Source: an uncultured Chloroflexota bacterium (lineage in GTDB: Bacteria; Chloroflexota; Dehalococcoidia; CAUJGQ01). Taken from it: DNA of 64,000 nt. Every line of letters starts with the position of its first letter. The first letter of the stretch is position 1. Below are positions 34,701 to 44,128 of this stretch, in pieces. A program made the translations under genes and the position numbers. Below the pieces are notes generated by a model. That model did not search any database and was not told where the DNA came from. It was given only the letters and a program-made list of their open reading frames with translations. The stretch lies in assembly GCA_937879875.1 (NCBI GenBank), contig CALFMN010000021.1:65249-129248 (forward strand). Direction: 5' to 3'.

Positions 34701-35843
34701 ATGGCGCAGATCTACTACTCCTGCGATTCGCATGTGGTGGAGGCGGCCGAGGTCTACGACGGCCTCGTGGACCGCTTCGGCGATCGGGCGCCGCGCATCG
34801 TCGACGGCGTCAACGGCCGCGAGGGCGTCTATCTCTACTGGCCGAAGCTCAACCGGCCGATCCTCGTTGGCCGCCTGGGCATCGCCGGCAGCCGCCTCGA
34901 CAACCCGGAAACGCACGAGCGCATGAAGCACGGCTGGGACAACCTCAATCCCGGCGTCAAAGACCCGGTGGCGCGGCTCAAGGAGCAGCAGGTCGATGGC
35001 ATCGTGGGCGAGGTGATGTACCCGAGCCTGAACATGTTCACCTTCGCCGTGCCCGATCGCGAGGTCGCGCAGGCGGTGATGCAGCGCCACAACGACTGGA
35101 TCCGCGACTACTGCTCGCACGCGCCGGAACGGCTGATCGGCGTCGCCTGCCTGCCGCTGCCGGACGTGGACGAGGCGATCGCCGAGCTGTACCGCTGTGC
35201 GAAGATGGGCATCCGCGGCGTCGCCATCCCCTGCACGGCCCCCGTCGCCAAACCGTACAAAGATCCGGCCTACGAGCCGTTCTGGGCGGCGGCGGAAGAG
35301 GTCGGCCTGCCGATCACGATGCACATCTTCTGCGGCGCCGAGTGGGGCATGAGTCTGCCCGACTACTGGGATCCAATCGTCAGCTATACGCTCTCCCATG
35401 CCGGCATCTGGAATACGGTCAGCAACCTGATCACCTCCGGCGTCGCCGAACGGCATCCGAAGCTGCGCTTCATCTGCGCCGAGTGGGAGACGGGCTGGCT
35501 GGGGCACGTGCTCAAGCGCTTCGACCACGCGATCTACCGCAGCCGCGCCGACGCCTCGCCCGACCTGCAGATGCACGGCAGCGAGTACTTCAAGCGACAG
35601 TTCTTCGCCACGTTTGAAGACGACGACATCGGCGTGGAGACGCGCCACTCGATCGGCGTGGACCGGCTGCTGTGGGGCAACGACTATCCGCACCACGACT
35701 CGATCTGGCCGCGCTCGCAGGAGATCCTGCGCGAGATCATGGCCGGCGTGCCGGACGACGAGCGCGACGCGATGGTCTGGAAGAACGTGCAGCAGCTCTA
35801 CGCGATCGACGAGTCGAAGCTGCCGGTGGGCGCGGCGGTGTAG
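34701..35843 (+). CDS. Amidohydrolase-2 family metal-dependent hydrolase/decarboxylase (ACMSD-like)
   Basis: MAQIYYSCDSHVVE N-terminal metal-binding HxH-like start. ...WGNDYPHHDSIWP... C-terminal Asp/His motif. RBS GAGGTGAGG before ATG 34701. Confidence 0.85.
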   Translation: MAQIYYSCDSHVVEAAEVYDGLVDRFGDRAPRIVDGVNGREGVYLYWPKLNRPILVGRLGIAGSRLDNPETHERMKHGWDNLNPGVKDPVARLKEQQVDGIVGEVMYPSLNMFTFAVPDREVAQAVMQRHNDWIRDYCSHAPERLIGVACLPLPDVDEAIAELYRCAKMGIRGVAIPCTAPVAKPYKDPAYEPFWAAAEEVGLPITMHIFCGAEWGMSLPDYWDPIVSYTLSHAGIWNTVSNLITSGVAERHPKLRFICAEWETGWLGHVLKRFDHAIYRSRADASPDLQMHGSEYFKRQFFATFEDDDIGVETRHSIGVDRLLWGNDYPHHDSIWPRSQEILREIMAGVPDDERDAMVWKNVQQLYAIDESKLPVGAAV

Positions 35844-35879
35844 TCGGCCCTGGTATTGGAAGCCTCCGGCGGTTGCGCT

Positions 35880-35935
35880 GTGCTCTGGCCCCGACCCCTC
35901 CCTCTCCCAATCCTGGAGAGAGGGAGGGGAGCTTG
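35880..35935. repeat. Family-2 repeat, solo hairpin (cccctccctctcccaatcctggagagagggagggg)
   Basis: Perfect hairpin of the family-2 type. Confidence 0.6.
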
Positions 35936-36241
35936 AACGCTGGTGGGATGGAGGCTGGGGCGGAGTGCGGAGGCCGCTCGCGGGCGCACCACTGTGTGCC
36001 CCTACGATCTGCGAACCAGTCACGCCGCCAGGTGCAACGCCCCGCACTTCGACAAATGTCCGGCTGAGACTACCGAGAATAGCTTGTCCGTCCCGACCCC
36101 CTTCGAATCCGGCACCAACTTGCTCGCTCCAGGCGCTCACGCGCGGCCTGCCTGCTTTACGATGGCCCAGACGGCGTCGTTGCCTGACTGAGGTACGACT
36201 GCGCCGAGCTTCCCCTGAAGGAGACGGCCACGAGGACGTCA

Positions 36242-37057
36242 GATGCGAGCAGTCCGATAAAGACGGAATATGCGCTTGACAATGCCTGGCAGGGGGCACG
36301 TGAGCGCCTCCGGCTGCTGGAGGAGACCCAGGATCCGGGCACTCTCCGCCACCTGGACGCGCTGGGCGTAGCGAGTGGCTGGCGCTGTCTTGAGGTGGGT
36401 GGCGGCGGTGGCTCGATTGCGACCTGGCTCTGCCAGCGGGTTGGGCCGACTGGCCGGGTGGTGGCGACCGATATCGACACACGCTTCCTTGAGGCGCTGG
36501 ATTTCTCCAACCTTGAGGTCCGCCAACAGAACATTGTCACCGACGCCGTCGAGGAGGCCGGCTTCGACCTCGTCCACGCCCGCGCCGTGCTCATGCACCT
36601 CCCGGAGCGGCAGCGCGCGCTGGATCGGCTGGTGGCGGCCCTGAAGCCAGGGGGCTGGTTGCTCCTTGAGGAGGGTGAATATATTTCGCACGCGCTGCCT
36701 GACCCACGGATTGATGCGGCGGCGGGCGAACTGCTGGCGAAGCACAAGCGCGCGCTGGATATCGGCGGGGCGACGAGCGGCATCGACTTTTACTACGGGC
36801 GGCGGCTCTTCGGGGACCTGCTTGCCCGGGGCATCGCCGACATCGGGTCAGAAGGTCGGCTGGAGATGGTGCGCGGCGGCAGTACTCCAGCGAAGTTTTT
36901 GCAGCGTACTGGGCAGCAGACGCGACAGCAGCCTCAAGCGAGTGCACACATGTCTGAAACTGAGCGCGACGCGTTTCTCACTCTGCTCGATGACCCTGCC
37001 TTGCTCTATCTGGGTCCTATCTTGATGGCCGTGTGGGGTCGGAAACCACTCGGGTAG
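36242..37057 (+). CDS. Class I SAM-dependent methyltransferase lacking a canonical start codon (possible pseudogene/5' truncation)
   Basis: Frame open from stop at 36190. Conserved N-terminal region ...ERLRLLEETQDP...GWRCLEVGGGGGSIATWL...VVATDID... lies upstream of the first ATG/GTG/TTG (GTG 36395, inside SAM motif I). Confidence 0.55.
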   Translation, partial: DASSPIKTEYALDNAWQGARERLRLLEETQDPGTLRHLDALGVASGWRCLEVGGGGGSIATWLCQRVGPTGRVVATDIDTRFLEALDFSNLEVRQQNIVTDAVEEAGFDLVHARAVLMHLPERQRALDRLVAALKPGGWLLLEEGEYISHALPDPRIDAAAGELLAKHKRALDIGGATSGIDFYYGRRLFGDLLARGIADIGSEGRLEMVRGGSTPAKFLQRTGQQTRQQPQASAHMSETERDAFLTLLDDPALLYLGPILMAVWGRKPLG

Positions 37058-37230
37058 GCGAGGAACGGTGCTCGCTCTCTGCAAGCGGCGCCGGCCGAGG
37101 GTCTTCGCCCCGTGGTCCTCTGCGGCCAATTCCTCTGCACCGCGGACCGCGCATACTGTTGCCCGTGAGCGGCGTCTTTTGGCCGCCGCCGGTCACGCGA
37201 GCTGTCCGAATGTGTAAAGCATCCTGGCTC

Positions 37231-37377
37231 TCCCGCGATTTTGGTGACGATGGTTCGAGGGGCGATCTCGTCGAACGGCACGCCGAACCTGTCGTGCAGG
37301 ACGAAGGTCACCCGCTCAGCTGGAGTCAGCGCGTCCGGTACGAGCAGCAGGGCCAGGCCCACTGCGTCGGAGACCAC
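37231..37377 (-). pseudogene. Fragment resembling sigma-70 family region 4 (ECF-type) without regions 2/3
   Basis: [31 protein letters not shown] fits the region-4.2 HTH pattern (L.ER.VF.L....G.SY.EIA). Upstream space is occupied by an opposite-strand gene. Weak call. Confidence 0.3.
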
Positions 37378-37459
37378 GGCTTCGTGCTCGGGATTTGCTT
37401 CGTCGGCGGGTTGCAGGAGCGTGATCCGTCATAATACTGTCGAACCACAACCGGTCCCT

Positions 37460-37951
37460 GTGACCGCCGGAGGAGCACAGAGATGCCAGCAGGCAACAAG
37501 AGCACCAGCGCGAGCGGCGGAGAAGTCCCAGGGCTTCACGGACGCGGAACGAGCCGCGATCAGGGCGCGCGCCCAGGAGCAGCAGGCGGACGCGCGCCGC
37601 GGCCGGCGCGCGGACAAGGCGGACGGGGAAAGCGCCGTGCTGGCGGCGATCGCCGCGATGACGGGACCGGATCGCGCCATGGGCGAGCGGCTCCATGCGA
37701 TCATCACCGCCAGCGCGCCAGCCCTCTCACCGAAAACCTGGTACGGGATGCCCGCGTATGCCAGGGACGGCAAGGTCGTCTGCTTCTTCCAAAGCGCGCA
37801 GAAGTTCAACACGAGGTACGCGACGTTCGGCTTCAACGACACGGCGCACCTCGACGAAGGCGCCATGTGGCCCGTCGCCTTCGCGCTGCAGGAGTTGACT
37901 GCCGCCGCCGAGGCACGGATCGCCGCGCTCGTGACGCAAGCGGTGGGCTGA
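37460..37951 (+). CDS. DUF1801/YdhG-like domain protein, probably frameshifted near the 5' end
   Basis: Body ...[15 protein letters not shown]...[23 protein letters not shown]....[52 protein letters not shown] is typical. The best N-terminus ([15 protein letters not shown] 37483) is in the +1 frame relative to the body. Confidence 0.5.
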   Translation: MTAGGAQRCQQATRAPARAAEKSQGFTDAERAAIRARAQEQQADARRGRRADKADGESAVLAAIAAMTGPDRAMGERLHAIITASAPALSPKTWYGMPAYARDGKVVCFFQSAQKFNTRYATFGFNDTAHLDEGAMWPVAFALQELTAAAEARIAALVTQAVG

Positions 37952-38029
37952 GGGCGCGCCGTCTGGCCTGGTTTGACGGTCATGACGGACCGAAACCTCG
38001 CCACGAGCTGCCGGGGCTTCCGCGAACCT

Positions 38030-39805
38030 GGTGAAGGCGAGCCGGTGACGCTAGCGACGTGATGCCAACCACGATCGACGCCGCTGACCTCCTACCCACT
38101 GGCTCGTAGTTCCGTGTCGAGGCGCTGAGCCGCACGGCGGACGCGAGCACCCTGCCCCTCACCAGTCCCCAACCGACCGCGGCCTGCCTGCGGTGCCGCG
38201 CGCCCTCGGCCGCCGTCCATAGTCGCTACCAACGCACGCTCGCCGACCTGCTCTGGGTCCGCCTACCCGTACGCCTCGACCTCCACGTCCGCAAGTTCTT
38301 CTGCCGCGTCTCCACCTGTACGCGGCAGATCTTCACCGAGCGGCTCCCCACGCTCGTTGCCCCCTCTGCGCGGCGCACGCTGGGCCTGACCGCAGCGCTC
38401 TGGCTGGTGGCGCTGGCCCCTGGTGGCGCAGCGGGCGCCCGGGTCGTCGCCGGGTTGGTGATGGGCACGAGCCCTGACACCTTGCTGCGGCTCATTCAGA
38501 CCGCGCCAATCAGCAACCGCGAGCCGACCCGCGTGCTGGGCATCGATGATTGGTCCTGGCGCCGCGGCCTGCGCTTCGGGACGATCCTCGTCGACCTCGA
38601 ACGGCATTGCCCGGTGGACCTCCTGCCCGATCGTGCGGTCGAGCCCATCGTGGCATGGCTGAAGGCGCATCCCGGTATTGAAGTCATCAGCCGCGACCGC
38701 GCCCAGTGCTACGCCGAGGCGGCCAGGCAAGGGGCACCGGATGCCGTGCAGGTCGCCGACCGCTGGCATCTCCTCAAGAATCTGGCGGAGGCGCTGGAGC
38801 GCTGCCTGCTGCGCGCTGCCAGCAGCCGGAAAGTGGCCGCCCAGCACACCGCCGACCGCGACCCGCCGCTCCAGAGTTACCCGGACGCGGACTGCGTCCC
38901 CTGGGAACAGCGGGCCGAGGAGGCCAGCCAGGCGAAGCACCAGGCAGCCGTGGAGCGCTATCAGCGCATCCGCAGCCTGCATGCCGCCGGGGCCGACATC
39001 GCCGACATCGCCCGCACCGTCGGCGTCTCCCGCGTCACGGTGTATCGCTATCTCCGGCTCACGGCGCTTCCTGAACGAAAACATTCCCGCTGCCGGCGGC
39101 CAGTGCTGGACCCCTACAAGGACTACCTGCTGCGCCGCTGGGAGGAGGGCTGCCACGTCAAACTCACCCTCTTCCGCGAAATTCAGGCGCAGGGCTATGC
39201 CTTCTCGGCGACGAACGTCTTCCGCTTCCTCAACCGGACGGCGCGAGCGCGGAGCCGCGACCCGGTCCAGGTCGTCCCACCCCCGGCCAGCGCCGTGCCC
39301 ACGGCGCGCCAGGTCGCCGGACTGTTCGTCGCCCGGCCCGAGCGGCTGGCGAAGGACGACCGGGCCTCTCTCACGCGCTTGACGGCTGGGGAGCCGAGCC
39401 TGGCAATGGCGTATGCCCTCACCCAGGCGTTCGGCCGCATGCTGCGCGAGCGTCAGGGCGAGCAGCTCGATGACTGGCTCACGCAGGCGAAAGCGAGCGG
39501 GGTGAAGGAGCTGGCCGCCTATGCCTGCGGCCTGGAAGCGGACGAGGCGGCGGTCACGGCGGGGCTGACGCTCGCCTGGAGCAACGGCCAGACCGAGGGC
39601 CACGTCCATCGCCTGAAGTTGCTCAAGCGCCAGAGCTACGGTCGCGCCGGCTTCGATCTCCTGCGCCGGCGCGTCCTGCTCGCTGCGTGAGCGATCAGCG
39701 CAGGCGCGACGCGGTTGACCGTTGCCTGCTCACCGCGATTCACCAAAAGACCGGAAGACCCAGCATCATTTGGCGAGGTGTGCAACGCCGCTCGCTCTTC
39801 GCCCT
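38030..39805 (+). mobile_element. ISL3-family insertion sequence; transposase 38062..39690 carries an in-frame TAG at codon 16 (38107-38109)
   Basis: MPTTIDAADLLPTGS*FRVEAL...PTAACLRCRAPSAAVHSRYQRTLADL (zinc-finger N-terminus) ...LGIDDWSWRRGLRFGTILVDLERHCPVDLLPDR...W.NGQTEGHVHRLKLLKRQSYGRAGFDLLRRRVL (ISL3 C-terminus). Imperfect terminal IRs GGTGAAGGCGAGCCGG (38030) / CCGCTCGCTCTTCGCC (39788). Confidence 0.75.
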
Positions 39806-39812
39806 CTATTCC

Positions 39813-40778
39813 CTAACCCCTATTCCCTGCATTGAGCACGCGCTGCGGCGTGCCGGCGATGAACGCCTCGATGTTTTCCAGCGTTTGGCCGTAGAAGACG
39901 CGGTACGTGTCGGCGGTGACGTAGCCGAGGTGCGGCGTCAGCACGACGTTCGGCAGCGAACGCAAGGGGTGGTCGAGCGGCAGCGGCTCCTGGTCGAACA
40001 CGTCGAGGCCGGCGCCGGCGAAGGCGCCTGCCTGCAGCGCCGCGATCAGCGCGGCCTCGTCCACGATCGGGCCGCGCGAGGTGTTGACGAGATAGGCGGA
40101 CGGCCGCAGCAGCGCCAGTTCGCGCGCGCCGAGCAGGCCGGTGCTGCGCGGGCTGAGCACGAGATGGATCGTAACGATGTCGCTCTGCGCCAGCAGCTCG
40201 TCCTTGCTCGCGCGCTCGGCGCCGCAGGCCCGCGCCCGTTCGTCGGTCAGGTTCTGGCTCCAGACGAGCAGACGCATGTGAAAGGCCCGCGCCACTTCCG
40301 CCACCTGCCCGCCGATGTTGCCCAGGCCGATGATGCCCAGCGTCTTGCCGTCGAGGCCGAAGCCGACCGTCTCCTGCCAGCCGCCGCCCCGCACCGAGCG
40401 GTCTTCACGCGGAATGCTGCGCACCAGCGCCAGGATCAGCCCCCAGGTCAGCTCCATCGTGGAGCGGCTGCCACCGCCCGTGCCGCAGACGAGCACACCG
40501 CGCTCAGTTGCGGCCTCCAAGTCGATCGCGGCGTTGCGCATGCCGGCGGTGCACAGCAGCTTAAGGTTGGGCAGCCGCTGCAAGAGCGAGCGGCGGAAGG
40601 GCGTGCGCTCGCGCAGCGCCATCACCACGTCGAAGGGCTGCAGCCGCTCGGCCAGCGCCGCCTCGTCCGTCAGATGATCGTGAAACGCCTCGACCCTGAC
40701 CTTGCCTTCGAGGCGCCGCCAATCCGCGGAGCCGAGCGCTGCATCCTGGTAGTCGTCGAGCAAAGCGACCCGCAGCAT
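39813..40778 (-). CDS. D-isomer-specific 2-hydroxyacid dehydrogenase (NAD-binding)
   Basis: GKTLGIIGLGNIGGQVA Rossmann motif. Catalytic R...E...H region (LVNTSRG..VD, TPHLGYVT). ATG at 40778. Confidence 0.85.
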   Translation of the reverse strand: MLRVALLDDYQDAALGSADWRRLEGKVRVEAFHDHLTDEAALAERLQPFDVVMALRERTPFRRSLLQRLPNLKLLCTAGMRNAAIDLEAATERGVLVCGTGGGSRSTMELTWGLILALVRSIPREDRSVRGGGWQETVGFGLDGKTLGIIGLGNIGGQVAEVARAFHMRLLVWSQNLTDERARACGAERASKDELLAQSDIVTIHLVLSPRSTGLLGARELALLRPSAYLVNTSRGPIVDEAALIAALQAGAFAGAGLDVFDQEPLPLDHPLRSLPNVVLTPHLGYVTADTYRVFYGQTLENIEAFIAGTPQRVLNAGNRG

Positions 40779-40830
40779 AATCGACCTCAATGATGCTGGC
40801 TGCACCCGGAGAAGCGGCTGAAGGGAGCGG

Positions 40831-41073
40831 CTAAGGCAGCGGCTCCGCCTGCTTGAGGGCGCGCTCGTCGAAAGCGGCGCGGGCGGAGAGCACCTGCTCG
40901 ATGTTCGCCTCCGCCCACGCCCGCAGCGCTCCGATCGGCGCGATCAGCGTCTCGTCCGGCGGCGTGAGCGCATACTCGACGCTCGACGGCGTGGTGGGAT
41001 AGACGCGCCGGCTCACCAGCCCGTCACGTTCGAGGTTGCGCAGAAGATGCTGACGCAGACGCTGCGGTTTCAA
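40831..41073 (-). pseudogene. HxlR-type HTH regulator, C-terminal fragment only (TTG start; first ~50 aa absent)
   Basis: ...RQHLLRNLERDGLVSRRVYPTTPSSVEYALT matches the HxlR wing/recognition region. A stop codon lies two codons upstream of the TTG. Confidence 0.45.
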
Positions 41074-41169
41074 TCCTCACTCGGCGACGCCGCTGGGTGC
41101 GACACGTGGCACTTGCTTCACTATAGTGAGTATACCGGACGGATGGCGTCCCGAAACGGAGGGTTTCAC

Positions 41170-41619
41170 ATGGCAGTCAAGGAACTTGGACATCTCGTGC
41201 TGTACGTACGCAACATCGGCGAGTCGGCCGCCTTTTACGGCGACGTGCTCGGCTGGCAGCCCATTCCCACGCCCGCCGGCGCGCCGGTCGCGCTGTTTTC
41301 GAGCGGCCGCACGCACCACGAGCTGCTGCTGATCGAAGTAGGAGCGGACGCGCAGCCGATTCCCTCAGGTCGCCGCGTCGGCCTCTATCACTTCGGCCTC
41401 AAGGTCGGAGAGACGGACGACGAACTGCGCGAGGCGCTGGCGCGGGTGCAGGCCGCGGGCACACGCGTCGTCGGTGCCAGCGACCACACGGTCAGCCACA
41501 GCCTCTACATCCTCGACCCGGACGGCAACGAGATCGAGCTGTACGTCGACGTGCCGGGCGTCGATTGGAAGAACCATCCGGAGCTGGTTCTGGCGCCGGT
41601 CAAGGCCCTGGCGCTGTAA
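41170..41619 (+). CDS. VOC family protein (glyoxalase/extradiol-dioxygenase-like)
   Basis: GGAGGG RBS 8 nt before ATG 41170. ...LGHLVLYVRNIGESAAFYGDVLGW... and ...YILDPDGNEIELY. Confidence 0.85.
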   Translation: MAVKELGHLVLYVRNIGESAAFYGDVLGWQPIPTPAGAPVALFSSGRTHHELLLIEVGADAQPIPSGRRVGLYHFGLKVGETDDELREALARVQAAGTRVVGASDHTVSHSLYILDPDGNEIELYVDVPGVDWKNHPELVLAPVKALAL

Positions 41620-41787
41620 TCACATTCCCGCGAGGAGCTAGGAGCTGATGCGGCTTGACCTGGACCAGGTGCAGCCGCATACTGCTCAAAAGTTCCGTGC
41701 TGTGCGCTGCGCGGCCCTCACTGGCGTCCAGGGGCAGGGTCGCTCGCAGCGCATCGCTTTACTCTCCGCCGCTGATCTGAAGTCAGA

Positions 41788-42219
41788 ATGAAGCTTCAAC
41801 CACGTACAGCACACAAAGTTATCACTGCTGCTGGGTGTCTTGCTGCATTGATAATTTGCACTACGCTGGCGTACGAACTGGGAGTGCGAAACGAAGCGCA
41901 CTATTTTAAGAATCTCACTACTGTTAGCGTCAATGCTGACCAGATTGCGCAGGCAATGCAGGACGACCGATTTTTTGCAGACTACGGAGCACACCGGCTG
42001 CTTGTCCAGGGCACCGTGACCGGCGTGAGTCAGACGCACAGTGGCTTTATCCTGGAGTTTGGTACCGCCGTGCCAACAAAAGTGCTGTGTGACCTGGACT
42101 ACCAGCCGCCCTCGGTGCATGTCGGAGATACAGCCACGGTGACGGCGCTGGCTGCCGACGCACAGCGCGCATCGCGGGCGGTGAGGCTCAAGAGCTGCAG
42201 CCTGTCTCCGCAGGAGTAG
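41788..42219 (+). CDS. Hypothetical membrane-anchored protein in a low-GC islet
   Basis: N-terminal TM (VITAAGCLAALIICTTLAY). Local GC visibly lower (about 50-55%) than the flanks (about 70%). No family recognised. Confidence 0.45.
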   Translation: MKLQPRTAHKVITAAGCLAALIICTTLAYELGVRNEAHYFKNLTTVSVNADQIAQAMQDDRFFADYGAHRLLVQGTVTGVSQTHSGFILEFGTAVPTKVLCDLDYQPPSVHVGDTATVTALAADAQRASRAVRLKSCSLSPQE

Positions 42220-42577
42220 CTGCTCTCCCGCTGCCCGCCAACCCGACCACTTTTGCAGCCCGGCACCGGGCCTTCATCGCTGCGGGTATCGCGACAGCGA
42301 TCCTGTCGCTGCGGTCGCGCCCCTGGCTGGCGCGCGGGATGCTTGCCGGCGGCGGCGCTGTCTCATTCGTGCTGGCGACCCTTGCAGGCATTGCCCTCGC
42401 ACCCCTGCTCGTGCTCTGGCTAGCCCAGCGCCTCCCGTCCGTCTGGCACGAGCAGGCCCGGAGCGGGATGATCCCCGCTCGAGCCCGCCAGTTGCTGCCG
42501 CGCACAACGAACCGGGGACGGGCTCGTCGCTCCGTCCCCGGTTCAGGTCGGGGTGTCCGCGCGGGGATGCGATCGCT

Positions 42578-44128
42578 CTACTGGGTGACGGGTGACGTCG
42601 TCACAACCGTCTTCCAGGGGCCGGCGGGAACGTTCTGCGCATCGATGAACTGCCAGTCGACGTGGTCGTTGTCGCCGTCGAGTTCCGCGTAGCCCAGGCA
42701 GCCGTTCAATGCGGGGCTGACATCGAGGCCGGCGTCGTTGAACTGACCCTGGACAGGACGGGCATCCGTGCTGCCGAAGACGTAGGTTGCGTCATGGTAG
42801 AGGCTGCCGTGCGACGGTCCGGCGTCCTCGATCTGGCCGTAGCAGGTGTGGCCGTTGGGACCGACGATCTCGACCCAGTGGTTCTTCATGTAGCTGAAGT
42901 TGCCGTCGGAGCAGTGGGCGCCGGTCGGGTCGAGCTGCGTTGCCCACGGTATCACCTGGCAGCGCTCGGCGAAGGCGGTCGGGTCGTTGAGATCATCGAA
43001 AGGGAGATCGAGATAGAACGGATTTTCATGCGGTGTGGCGTGTGTGGGGAAGTAGCCGTTCGTCGCGCTGCGCGCTTCGGTCTGGCATGTGAACATGGCA
43101 AGGGTCGTGCCAGAAGGAACGCCATCACAGCCGCCCACGGGCGAGCCGGTGCAGCCGGTGTCCGGAGAGGGCCCCATGTTTATGCCGCCCGACCAGTGCA
43201 TGGCCCACTGGCTGTCGTATGCGCTGCACACCTGGCTGCCATCGCTCAGGCTGGCATTGAAGATCTCGCCCACCCAGAATGTCGTGCTGACGATGTTCGT
43301 ATGCCACGGATAGCCGCCCGATGCAGGGCTCGGACTCGGCGACGGGGTTGGCGTCGGGGTCGGGCTGGGGCTCGGACTTGGCGTTGGGGTTGGGGTGTGC
43401 GTCGGCGTGGCCGTCACCGTGGGCGGTTGCGTGGCAACTGCCGTTGCCGTGGCCGTCGGCGGTTTGGTCGGGGCCGCCGTCGCGGTTGTAGTCGGTGAAC
43501 TGGTCGCCGAGGGCGGGGCAGACGCCGTGGCTGTGGCCAGCAGCGGCGTACTGCCCGCGGTGAGTGCGATCTGATCGACGTACATCGGCGGCTCGGCCTT
43601 GCCGCTCTCGTCCTGGATGATGATGCCGCCCACCGTCTTGTTCACGCCGCCGAGGGCGCTGAGCGGGATGCTGTAGAGCTTCCATGAGCCGGCGATCGGC
43701 TGGCCGCCGTAGGTGCTGTTCAGCTTCACCACCGGGCCGAGTGGATTGTCATGCACATCTTCGAGCACGACCGAGACCGCCTGCCCGGCTTGCGTCGCCT
43801 CCAAGGCGAAGCTGAGGTTCGCGAAGGGGCTGCTGCTCACGCCGGTGTCGCTATGCAGATAGAGGCCGCCCCACGCCGCCTTCACCGTCCAGGAGATCGC
43901 CTTCGTGCCACTGTAGACCGGGGCGGAGACGCCGTAGTTGACGCTGGAGTCCCAGGACCAGTTCACCCAGCCAGGCGCCAGCGCATCGCCGTAGGCCATG
44001 AAACTTGTGGTCGAGGCCGAGGCCGTGACCCCGGAGCCGCCGGCGCGGGCGCCGAACAGCGCCGCGCCCACCGCCGCCGCCACGACCGCGGTCGCGCCGA
44101 CGTTCCGTAAAACCGACCCGCCACGCAT
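42578..44128 (-). CDS. Secreted protein: signal peptide + about 160-aa beta-sandwich-like module + Pro/Thr/Ser linker + uncharacterised Cys-rich C-terminal domain
   Basis: GGAGGA RBS before ATG 44128. N-terminal module YGDALAPGWVNWSWDSSVNYG..YSGTKAISWTVKAAWGGLYL... is homologous to the 4x repeated module of 44576..47773. Linker [24 protein letters not shown]-terminal domain has 8 Cys. Confidence 0.75.
   Translation of the reverse strand: MRGGSVLRNVGATAVVAAAVGAALFGARAGGSGVTASASTTSFMAYGDALAPGWVNWSWDSSVNYGVSAPVYSGTKAISWTVKAAWGGLYLHSDTGVSSSPFANLSFALEATQAGQAVSVVLEDVHDNPLGPVVKLNSTYGGQPIAGSWKLYSIPLSALGGVNKTVGGIIIQDESGKAEPPMYVDQIALTAGSTPLLATATASAPPSATSSPTTTATAAPTKPPTATATAVATQPPTVTATPTHTPTPTPSPSPSPTPTPTPSPSPSPASGGYPWHTNIVSTTFWVGEIFNASLSDGSQVCSAYDSQWAMHWSGGINMGPSPDTGCTGSPVGGCDGVPSGTTLAMFTCQTEARSATNGYFPTHATPHENPFYLDLPFDDLNDPTAFAERCQVIPWATQLDPTGAHCSDGNFSYMKNHWVEIVGPNGHTCYGQIEDAGPSHGSLYHDATYVFGSTDARPVQGQFNDAGLDVSPALNGCLGYAELDGDNDHVDWQFIDAQNVPAGPWKTVVTTSPVTQ

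Noticed and set aside
41108-41130. Similarity of cactatagtgagt to the T7 promoter core (possible vector contamination)
   Set aside because: Only an 11-nt match, arising from a perfect palindrome. Flanks are native high-GC sequence with normal genes.
42250-42692. Possible small hydrophobic protein (…AFIAAGIATAILSLRS…AVSFVLATLAGIALAPLLVLWLAQRL…)
   Set aside because: No start codon with an RBS. Its tail overlaps the 3' end of the convergent secreted-protein gene. Kept only as a note.
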